Assembly (NCBI GenBank): GCA_903908245.1
Contig: CAIVRE010000023.1
Span: forward strand, 1 to 55,851
Direction of reading: 5' to 3'
Source of the DNA: Candidatus Omnitrophota bacterium
GTDB taxonomy: Bacteria > Omnitrophota > Gorgyraeia > Zapsychrales > Fredricksoniimonadaceae
Length of the DNA stretch: 55,851 nt
Shown here piece after piece: positions 28,260 to 36,119 of this stretch (the stretch's first letter is position 1; every line of letters begins with the position of its first letter). Both the position numbers and the translations under genes were made by a program. Under the pieces are notes generated by a model. It made no database searches. It was not told the origin of the DNA and saw only the letters and a list, made by a program, of their open reading frames with translations.

Positions 28260-30011
28260 ATGACATCTTATCAAGTGATCGATAACAAGATCATCCTGCA
28301 GATCCAGGGGAATATTTGCGCCACAGAAGCCGAGATCCTTGACAGCGACCTGTTCGAGGGCCTTGTGACCGTGGGCTTGAAGAAATTGATGAAACGCAAT
28401 TCGATCCTGCTCGATGTGTTCGGGAAGAGAGAGGTCGGGCCTGAAGAGATCAGTGTTTTTATCGAAGCCCTTAAATTCCTGATGAAAATGCCTATCGCCC
28501 AGGTGCGTTGTGCTTATCCGGCAGCGGAAGGCCTGCTTAAGAACACGTCTTTGCTCAATGACCTGATCGAATATCTTTATAATTTCTGGCGCAGTTACGA
28601 CCGTTTTATCATCACTGACCGTAAAGAGTGCGAAGATTGTGATACAAAACCCTATCGCACTTTCAATCTTACCGTCGGGCATTTGACCAATCTGATCCGC
28701 GGTATGTATCGCGATATCCAGGAGAATGTTACCGGCCGGCATCCGCATATTTACCGCCAGGTAGCGGCAGGCGGAGAGGTCGCGACCATTGCCATCAAGC
28801 ACGGGGTGCCTTTGCCGTCGGAATATTCGGAGCTTAACCGGATCCCCATGATCCGTCAGATCCTTTTGTATCCTCCGCTCATCCTGAAGCCTCCGATGAA
28901 CAAGCGTACTGGGCGTATTGAGCCGGTAGCCGAAAGCCCGCTCAAAGGGCTTACGTTCAATCCTCAGGAGTGGCTGTGCTATCCGGCGAAAGTCGGTGAT
29001 CTGGTCATCCTGGTGTATTTTCACAATTCTTTTACCGAGCTCGGGCATTCGCTGTGCAATCTGTTCGAGATGGCCAGTGATGAAGATCTCAAGCGTCAGC
29101 CCGATGCTGTTTATGCTTATGGTGTTCCTGAAGCGGCGCTCGTACGGTTTGGCCAGCCTCAGGTGTTTTTTGACGACCGGAAGAATAATATCCTGGTCGC
29201 CGCTATTCCGCTCAAGGCGGAGTTCGGCTATTTCGGTTATGTGAAGAAGATGGTCTTGACCCTTCATAACGTTATCATGATGAAGCGCGGGCGTCTTCCG
29301 TTCCATGGCGCTATGGTGCGCATCATCATGAAAGGCGACATTGACCGCAATCTGCTTTTTATCGGTGACACCGGCGCCGGAAAGTCTGAAACGCTTGAAG
29401 CGCTGCGCGGTTTGGGGGAAGATGTGATCCAGGACCTTATTATTATCGCGGATGATATGGGGTCGATCGATCTGGGGTACAATGGTGATGTTCTTGGTTA
29501 TGGCACGGAGATCGGGGCATTCCTGCGGCTTGATGACCTTCAGCCGGGCTATGCGCTGGGCCAGATCGACCGCGCTATTATCATGAGCGCCAACCAGGTC
29601 AATGCGCGCATTATCATTCCTGTTACGACTTTCGAGAATGTTATCAAGGGGCACAGGATCGATTTTGTGCTTTACGCGAACAACTATGATGATATTGATG
29701 ACGAGCATCCCATTATCGAACGGTTCAAGACCCCGGAGCAGGCCATGAGCGTGTTCCGCGAGGGGACGGCGATGAGCAAAGGGACGACTACGACCACCGG
29801 CCTCGTGCATTCCTATTACGCTAATGTTTTTGGCCCAGCGCAGTTCAAGGAGCTGCATGAACCGCTGGCGAAGAGGTATTTCGAGGCGTTTTTCAAGAAT
29901 AATGTGTTTGTGGGCCAGATGCGCAGCCGCCTTGGATTGGCCGGGTGGGAGCAGAAGGGCCCGCAGGAAGCCGCCAAAGAACTTTTACGGGTTATTCAGA
30001 GAAACGGTTGA
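28260..30011 (+). CDS. Divergent PEP carboxykinase-like P-loop protein
   Basis: YFGYVKKMVLTLHN, PFHGAM, GDTGAGKSE Walker A, IIADDMG, GTEIGAF, ANVFGP: same order of motifs as in the PEPCK/HprK fold. Confidence 0.7.
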   Translation: MTSYQVIDNKIILQIQGNICATEAEILDSDLFEGLVTVGLKKLMKRNSILLDVFGKREVGPEEISVFIEALKFLMKMPIAQVRCAYPAAEGLLKNTSLLNDLIEYLYNFWRSYDRFIITDRKECEDCDTKPYRTFNLTVGHLTNLIRGMYRDIQENVTGRHPHIYRQVAAGGEVATIAIKHGVPLPSEYSELNRIPMIRQILLYPPLILKPPMNKRTGRIEPVAESPLKGLTFNPQEWLCYPAKVGDLVILVYFHNSFTELGHSLCNLFEMASDEDLKRQPDAVYAYGVPEAALVRFGQPQVFFDDRKNNILVAAIPLKAEFGYFGYVKKMVLTLHNVIMMKRGRLPFHGAMVRIIMKGDIDRNLLFIGDTGAGKSETLEALRGLGEDVIQDLIIIADDMGSIDLGYNGDVLGYGTEIGAFLRLDDLQPGYALGQIDRAIIMSANQVNARIIIPVTTFENVIKGHRIDFVLYANNYDDIDDEHPIIERFKTPEQAMSVFREGTAMSKGTTTTTGLVHSYYANVFGPAQFKELHEPLAKRYFEAFFKNNVFVGQMRSRLGLAGWEQKGPQEAAKELLRVIQRNG

Positions 30012-30051
30012 GGGGGTCGTAAGTTATTTTTGCCTGTCCCGACCAAAAGGT

Positions 30052-30645
30052 ATGAGAGTATTCCTGTCCCTCCTCATTTGCCTGGGGGTGTTGATGACCG
30101 AACCGCAAGCCGCTCCGTTGCAGAAAGCCACATTTGCGGGAGGCTGTTTTTGGTGCATGCAGCCGCCGTATGATAAACTTGCCGGAGTTGTTTCAACGAC
30201 CGTTGGATATACCGGCGGGAATGTGCCCAACCCCACGTATGAACAGGTTTCTTCCGGGATGACCGGCCATTTGGAAGCTATCCAGGTGGTTTACGACCCG
30301 TCGCAAACGTCTTATCGTGAATTGCTGCGTGTTTTCTGGATGTCGATCGACCCTACCGATAATGGCGGGCAGTTCGCGGACCAGGGTTCGCAGTATCAGC
30401 CGGCTATTTTTGTTCATGATGAACAACAGCGCCTGGAGGCCGAGGCATCCAAGAAGGAATTGGCTGCGTCAGGCCGTTTTAAGAAGCCGATCGTGACAGC
30501 CGTTTTACCTGCCAAAGAGTTCTATCCGGCGGAAGCCTATCATCAGAAGTATTATCAGAAGAATTCACCGCATTATAATGCTTACAAGGCCGGTTCCGGC
30601 AGGGCCGGGTTCATCGAAAAGTCCTGGCCCGAGGCTCATCGTTAA
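30052..30645 (+). CDS. msrA: Peptide methionine sulfoxide reductase A, with predicted signal peptide
   Basis: FAGGCFWC, VGYTGG, GHLEAIQV, GGQFADQG, FYPAEAYHQKYY; hydrophobic leader from ATG 30052. Confidence 0.93.
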   Translation: MRVFLSLLICLGVLMTEPQAAPLQKATFAGGCFWCMQPPYDKLAGVVSTTVGYTGGNVPNPTYEQVSSGMTGHLEAIQVVYDPSQTSYRELLRVFWMSIDPTDNGGQFADQGSQYQPAIFVHDEQQRLEAEASKKELAASGRFKKPIVTAVLPAKEFYPAEAYHQKYYQKNSPHYNAYKAGSGRAGFIEKSWPEAHR

Positions 30646-30647
30646 GG

Positions 30648-30704
30648 AAAAAACCGGGACACATTGCATTTTTGTGTAAAAAATGCAATGTGTCCCGGTT
30701 TTTT
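30648..30704. repeat. Perfect 26-bp inverted repeat (terminator-like / GGGACA-TGTCCC element)
   Basis: AAAAAACCGGGACACATTGCATTTTT - GTGTA - AAAAATGCAATGTGTCCCGGTTTTTT immediately after the msrA stop. Confidence 0.85.
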
Positions 30705-30791
30705 GTCTGGGCTTCTTGGATGGTTTTTTAACTATTTATAATTTATACTTATTAAAGGTTTGGGCAAGGGTGTATTTACAGGAAAAGGGCT

Positions 30792-33700
30792 ATGATTTAT
30801 CTGGATTTCTTCAAGAAAAGCATTACATGGCTTGTTCTTGTGGCTTTTTTAGTCACCGGGGTGCCAGGGGCTTATGCCCAGGAAGCCCTTATACTTCCTG
30901 CAGCAGGAAGCCGTTTGGCATTGAGCCCCGCGTTTGTTCCGCCGTTACTTAAAGGGATCAAAGTTTATCGTAACGACCCTTTCCGTCTTGATTTCATTCT
31001 TGATCAAGGCGATGCCGTTGACCCGGGCCCGCAGTTGAAAAATGAATCGGATCGTTTGATCAAATATTTTCTTGCCTCGCTCACTGTTCCTGAAAAAGAC
31101 TTGTGGGTCAACCTGTCGCCTTATGAAAAAGACCGTATTGTCCCCGATGCCTTTGGCCAGACGGAAATGGGGCGTGATCTTCTGGCCCAGGATTATATTC
31201 TCAAACAGATGACCGCGTCCGTTATTTATCCGGAAGGAGATGTTGGCAAGGTTTTTTGGGCAAAAGTCTATGCGGAAGCCCAGAAACGTTATGGCACGAC
31301 AGATATGCCGGTCGATACGTTCAACAAGGTTTGGATCGTCCCTGAAACAGCGACGGTTTATGAGAATAGAGATGCGGCATTCGTTGTTGAAAGCAGACTT
31401 AAGGTCATGCTGGAATCCGATTATCTCGCGCAGGAACAAAATGCTGGGATCCCAATGCCGGCCGAAGTCCCTCATGGGAATGTCCAGTCGCACAACGATA
31501 CGAAAGAGATCCTCCGCGAGATCGTTATCCCCATTCTTGAGAAAGAGATCAATGAAGGGAAGAATTTTGCTCAATTGCGTCAGGTTTACAATTCCCTTAT
31601 TCTTGCCGCCTGGTATAAACGAAAGATAAAGAAAAGTTTGATGGGAGAGGCCTATGCGGATAAGAACAAGACCGCAGGCGTTGAGATCAGCGACAAGAAA
31701 GAAAAAGACAGGATCTGGGCGCAGTATGTTGAGGCGTTCAAGAAGGGCGTTTTTGATCTGGTCAAAGAAGAAAAAGACGAGCTGTCCGGCGAAACCGTTC
31801 CGCGCAAATATTTCTCCGGCGGTGTCGGCGCGTATCGCATTGGAAGTGTTCTGCGGGAGACTTCGGACCCATCCATGCTGCCGTCCGATAGCCGAGGGAG
31901 GATGGTGATCGCGGCCAGTTTTAAGGTGGCGGATGCTTCGGCCTCTTCGGATCTGTCCGGGGATGACCGTGTTATGCGGGCCTCTGCCGCAGGATACAAG
32001 AAGTACCTGGAGGCGAAGGTCCGTTTGAGATGGGAGGACCTTCCCCGGGAGGCCAGGGAAATCATTGAACAGGCGGATATGGAAAGCCTTGTTGTTATGG
32101 CACAGAATGCCGCGGGTGAGGCGGATTATTTGTTTGAGTACGGATTTGTCGCTTTAAGAAAGATCCTTACCCTGGAAGAGATCAGAGCATTCTGGCCGGA
32201 TCTGGTCAGGATGACTGCGGCTTCAAGAGAGCAATCAGGCGAGCTTTTTCATCGAGGGCTTCCGGCATTAAAACAGGCATTGGGGAACGATCTGTTCAAG
32301 GCGTATTGGCCTGGGCTGACGAATGCGGTCCAGATTGCAGGCTGGTATTCTTCGGTTTTTCTGCAGTTCGCTTTCTCGTCGGTACGAAATATTGTTACAG
32401 CAGAGAACATTAATGAGGTGGGAGAGAGCCTCTCGGGCATTTCCCGATTGGAAGGCGGCGATCCCGGAGCATTTTATCAGTATGCGCTTCCTGCTATTGC
32501 CAGAAGGATCAAGTCCGTCAGTGATTTAAAGTTTTGGATCGATCGGCTTAAGCAGGCGGTCCGATCGATGGACATTGAACAGGAAGGGCTGTTCGTCGGG
32601 TATTTGGATAATGATCGTTTTGTCGATGATCTTCAGGCCATGAAGGATGAGACCGCGTCCAATCCTTTCGGGATCGCCCGCCTTTTGCTGGAATATGCGG
32701 CAGGCCGGCGGGAGGTTTTGCATATATTCCTTGAGCCATGGGCGTTTAGCCATGCCGGCGAGTTAACGCCGGCGCTTTCGGAACAGATCGCGTTATCTTT
32801 TCAGATGACACAGGAATTGAAGTATTTCTTTTATTATATCTCTGTTAACAGCCATACTCGCCAGGATACCCGCCGGAAAGTAAAAGATATTTTAAAAGCC
32901 CTTAGATCGCGCAATGTTTTTTCTTTGCATGGGCCTGTAGAAAGGTTGCTGGCCAAAGGAGAAAAAAGGGTCCTTATCGTTCAGAACATCGATGATGGCG
33001 TCGGGGATGAACAGGTCCGTGTGCTGCCGATCTTAAACGGGCTTTTGGCGTTGAATCCGGAGCTTAACGTGAAAATTGTTACCGGGAAGCCCGATCTATA
33101 CAATCACCCGAGGGTGACGGTGCTTTCGATAGATGAGGTCTTTTCAGCTGTTTTGAAGCATGCCATTGATATTCAGACGGCATCGTATGATGCGGTGATC
33201 AATTTTTATGATGAGAATCTGCCCTCGTATAGCCGGTCGCTGGAGATGGCTGTCAGGGCCCGCGATAAAGGAAAGATTTTTATCACGACAGGACGGGGGC
33301 GGGAAGATACTTTTATTTTTGATAAAGTTTTTGTTGAAGGCTCGGAATACGCTTTATCGTTAGGGTTGAACCAGGCAAGGGTTGACAGTGTGTATGAGCC
33401 GGGGTTTCGTCTTTTGGCGGAATTGGGGCTGCCTGTTTCAGCCGGCGGTGTTGTCTCCCGGGAAGGCTCGGCCATGACGGCTCTTCTTTATCCTGTCGCC
33501 GAAACGCGGTGGCGCGAGGCCATGACAGCGTTGAACAATGAGAAACATACAAGCCCGGTTATTCTTTTTAGCCCTTATGGTGGTCAATTGGAAGCGAAAG
33601 GATTTACTCGTAGTGAGGCGGATCGCGAAGAATTGCGTGATATTGTTACAGAGATCGTGAAGAAAGGGAACAAGGTTGTTGTACTCGCTAATGGGACTTC

Positions 33701-34214
33701 CTGGGGTACCAGGGAAACTGCCGAAGCGTTACAGGCAAGCCTTCCGGATGATGTCCGTTCGGAAGTCTTTGTCGTTGATCCCGGAAAAGATTTTCGGCTT
33801 CCGACTTATTTTTCCGCGTATGCGGATCTTAATTTGATGGTCGAAGGCAAGATGGCTCACACGGCAGGGAATATCGGGAAACCATTCCGCGTATTTTTAA
33901 AACCTGGCGCCAGCCAGCGGAGATGGATCCCGTATGGCCAGGCAGAGCATGGCGTTGTCGATGATATCAGCCAGGTCCTGGGCCGTCTTCAGGCACAATG
34001 GACCGCCAGGTCCGATCGGGCGACGGTCATGAAGGGTGGTATTGACCTTGATCCTGATAGAATGAATTTGAATATGAAAGATCCGGTCGAGCCGCTGGAA
34101 TTTAATTTTACCCGGGTCCAGTTCGAAGCGCTCAATGCCGCCTCCGGCGTTAGCCCTGTAATCATAAATATCATCCCGCTGGAAGACCTTCGTACATTCC
34201 TTTCTGTCCCGTAG
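30792..34214 (+). CDS. Large modular secreted protein: conserved N-domain + helical domain + GT9 (heptosyltransferase-like) domain + GGID tail
   Basis: Signal peptide (AYA-Q); N-domain to PRKYFSGG (31823); RVLIV...GVGDEQVRVLPILNGL...PELNVKIVT and ADLNLMVEGKMAHTA resemble GT9; GGID at 34035. Confidence 0.78.
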   Translation: MIYLDFFKKSITWLVLVAFLVTGVPGAYAQEALILPAAGSRLALSPAFVPPLLKGIKVYRNDPFRLDFILDQGDAVDPGPQLKNESDRLIKYFLASLTVPEKDLWVNLSPYEKDRIVPDAFGQTEMGRDLLAQDYILKQMTASVIYPEGDVGKVFWAKVYAEAQKRYGTTDMPVDTFNKVWIVPETATVYENRDAAFVVESRLKVMLESDYLAQEQNAGIPMPAEVPHGNVQSHNDTKEILREIVIPILEKEINEGKNFAQLRQVYNSLILAAWYKRKIKKSLMGEAYADKNKTAGVEISDKKEKDRIWAQYVEAFKKGVFDLVKEEKDELSGETVPRKYFSGGVGAYRIGSVLRETSDPSMLPSDSRGRMVIAASFKVADASASSDLSGDDRVMRASAAGYKKYLEAKVRLRWEDLPREAREIIEQADMESLVVMAQNAAGEADYLFEYGFVALRKILTLEEIRAFWPDLVRMTAASREQSGELFHRGLPALKQALGNDLFKAYWPGLTNAVQIAGWYSSVFLQFAFSSVRNIVTAENINEVGESLSGISRLEGGDPGAFYQYALPAIARRIKSVSDLKFWIDRLKQAVRSMDIEQEGLFVGYLDNDRFVDDLQAMKDETASNPFGIARLLLEYAAGRREVLHIFLEPWAFSHAGELTPALSEQIALSFQMTQELKYFFYYISVNSHTRQDTRRKVKDILKALRSRNVFSLHGPVERLLAKGEKRVLIVQNIDDGVGDEQVRVLPILNGLLALNPELNVKIVTGKPDLYNHPRVTVLSIDEVFSAVLKHAIDIQTASYDAVINFYDENLPSYSRSLEMAVRARDKGKIFITTGRGREDTFIFDKVFVEGSEYALSLGLNQARVDSVYEPGFRLLAELGLPVSAGGVVSREGSAMTALLYPVAETRWREAMTALNNEKHTSPVILFSPYGGQLEAKGFTRSEADREELRDIVTEIVKKGNKVVVLANGTSWGTRETAEALQASLPDDVRSEVFVVDPGKDFRLPTYFSAYADLNLMVEGKMAHTAGNIGKPFRVFLKPGASQRRWIPYGQAEHGVVDDISQVLGRLQAQWTARSDRATVMKGGIDLDPDRMNLNMKDPVEPLEFNFTRVQFEALNAASGVSPVIINIIPLEDLRTFLSVP

Positions 34215-34235
34215 GGGCGACCTGTCAGGTCGCCC
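34211..34235 (+). repeat. GTAG REP-like palindrome overlapping a stop codon
   Basis: GTAG-GGGCGACCTG-T-CAGGTCGCCC; its TAG is the stop of ORF 30792. Confidence 0.75.
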
Positions 34236-34327
34236 GGTGATCAAACTATATTCTATGCACCGCGCCGAAAGAATTTAACACTTCATCTTGTTATTCCATT
34301 TATTCTGAATTTGGTTAGAATAAGTTC

Positions 34328-35080
34328 ATGCTTTCATTGAAGAATGTTTTTGTCCGCAAAGGCGGGAAAGATATTTTAAAGGATATAACCTGGGTGACTT
34401 GTCCAGGTGAGCATTGGTTCGTGATGGGCGGCAATGGCTCAGGCAAGACCACCCTGATGGAATTGCTGGCCGGGTATGTTTGGCCGCAGAGGGGCGAGGT
34501 CGCGGTCCTGGGGGAGAAATTCGGACGGGTGAACCTTCTTGATCTGCGCGGCCGGGTCGGATTTGTGTCGCCCTGGATATTTCGCCGGATGGCACAGGAA
34601 GTTCCTTTGGAAGATGTGGTGGCTTCGGGTTTTGACGGTTCGGTCGGCCATTGCGGGCGCAAGAGCGCGAAAGTGTCTGCTGCGGTCCGTCGTCAGTTGC
34701 GATTTTTCGGGTGCGAGGACCTCAAGGGCAGGGAGTTCGGCACATTGTCGTCCGGTCAGCAGCTTAAAGCGGTATTGGCCCGTGCATTGGTCCATTTGCC
34801 GAGGATACTTATTCTGGACGAGCCGTTCTCTTTGCTTGATATCGGCGCCCGGCTCGATATGTACTCGCTTTTGTTGAAGCTGGCCGAGGCGAAGAATGCG
34901 CCGCAGATCATTATGGTCACGCATCATCGGGAAGATATTTTACCGGTCTTTACCCGGGGGCTTTTGTTGAAAGACGGGCGGATATTATATAAAGGCCCGC
35001 GGGAAAAAGCTTTTCAGCCCGGGGTATTGGCAAAATGTTTCGGGTTGTCCGTCGCCACTTTAAAGAAGGTGCTTGTTTAA
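34328..35080 (+). CDS. ABC ATP-binding protein (ModF/YlmA-like)
   Basis: GGNGSGKTT Walker A, LSSGQQ signature, LILDEP Walker B, VTHH. Confidence 0.9.
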   Translation: MLSLKNVFVRKGGKDILKDITWVTCPGEHWFVMGGNGSGKTTLMELLAGYVWPQRGEVAVLGEKFGRVNLLDLRGRVGFVSPWIFRRMAQEVPLEDVVASGFDGSVGHCGRKSAKVSAAVRRQLRFFGCEDLKGREFGTLSSGQQLKAVLARALVHLPRILILDEPFSLLDIGARLDMYSLLLKLAEAKNAPQIIMVTHHREDILPVFTRGLLLKDGRILYKGPREKAFQPGVLAKCFGLSVATLKKVLV

Positions 35081-35757
35081 TGCTGCTTTTAAAATTCATC
35101 CTGGCTTTTTGCGGTTTATCCTACGAGCTGATCCTGGCCCAGGGGCTTTCGGCGTTCCTGGATAACACGGTCCTGCGTTACAGTACGACCATTGGCCTTT
35201 ACATGTTCGCGATGGGGCTGGGGGCTCTGGCATCCGCCACGGCCGATGCCCGTCGACCGGCGTTGGCTCTTTGGCAGACGGAGGTATTGCTGGCGTTCGC
35301 GGGAGCGGGAGGGATCATCAGCCTTTTTATTGTATCGGGGATGCATGTGCCGGTTGTTTTGATCGTTATTTGGGCGTATTGGCTTGTTGCGGTCATCGGG
35401 TTCCTGACGGGGTTGGAATTGCCGCTGATGCTGATGATGGCCGGCAGGGCAGATGGTCGGCCATCCCGGGGCAGCCTGATCGGGATCGATTATGCCGGGG
35501 CTTGTGCCGCTACTTTGGTGTTCGTATTCTATTTTTATCCTTTGGCAGGCCTGGTGCGTTCGGCCATGGCGGTCGTTCTGCTGAACGCGCTGGCTGCGGT
35601 TGCTGTTGTCATCCAGTATCGTGATGACCTGGCGGAGTTCCGTGATCCCGCCTTGCTTGCGTCGCTGGCGCTGGCGGGGGGGGTATCTGCGTTGCTTTTT
35701 GTGAGCGGCCCTCTGGAGGCGCATTTATTGGCATTGTATTTAAGGCAGGGATATTGA
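35080..35757 (+). CDS. Membrane protein resembling the N-terminal TM domain of membrane-fused spermidine synthases
   Basis: AFCGLSYEL, IGLYMFAMGLG, GLELPL and DYAGA all recur in the N-terminus of 36116..37867; no catalytic domain. Confidence 0.75.
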   Translation: MLLLKFILAFCGLSYELILAQGLSAFLDNTVLRYSTTIGLYMFAMGLGALASATADARRPALALWQTEVLLAFAGAGGIISLFIVSGMHVPVVLIVIWAYWLVAVIGFLTGLELPLMLMMAGRADGRPSRGSLIGIDYAGACAATLVFVFYFYPLAGLVRSAMAVVLLNALAAVAVVIQYRDDLAEFRDPALLASLALAGGVSALLFVSGPLEAHLLALYLRQGY

Positions 35758-36119
35758 TGGAGATACAGGATCATTCTTTCGGAAAGCATTATCTGGTGGA
35801 GTTCATCGGTTGTCCGTCCCGGCGGATCGCTTATATTGATGATATCCGTGAAGTTTTTCTTGAGGCCGCCCGCCTGAGCGGGGCGACCATCCTTGAGTCG
35901 TATTTCCATCAGTTCGAGCCGCAGGGAGTTACGGGGATGATATTCATCGCGGAGTCGCATTTTTCCATTCATACATGGCCGGAGTCCGGGTATGCCGCTT
36001 TTGATATCCTGACTTGCGGTGCAATGGCCCCGGAGAAGGCGATCGATCATTTAAAACAGGCTTTACAGGCGGCGCGGGTTGAGGTGCGGGTGTTCACGCG
36101 CGGGTTCAACGACCTATGA
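35754..36119 (+). CDS. speD: S-adenosylmethionine decarboxylase proenzyme
   Basis: GKHYLVE, HQFEPQGVT, AESHFSIHTWPE (pyruvoyl cleavage E-S), DILTCG. Confidence 0.93.
   Translation: MMEIQDHSFGKHYLVEFIGCPSRRIAYIDDIREVFLEAARLSGATILESYFHQFEPQGVTGMIFIAESHFSIHTWPESGYAAFDILTCGAMAPEKAIDHLKQALQAARVEVRVFTRGFNDL

Noticed and set aside
28221-29858. 545-aa minus-strand ORF
   Set aside because: Antisense shadow of the PEPCK-like gene; no recognisable motifs.
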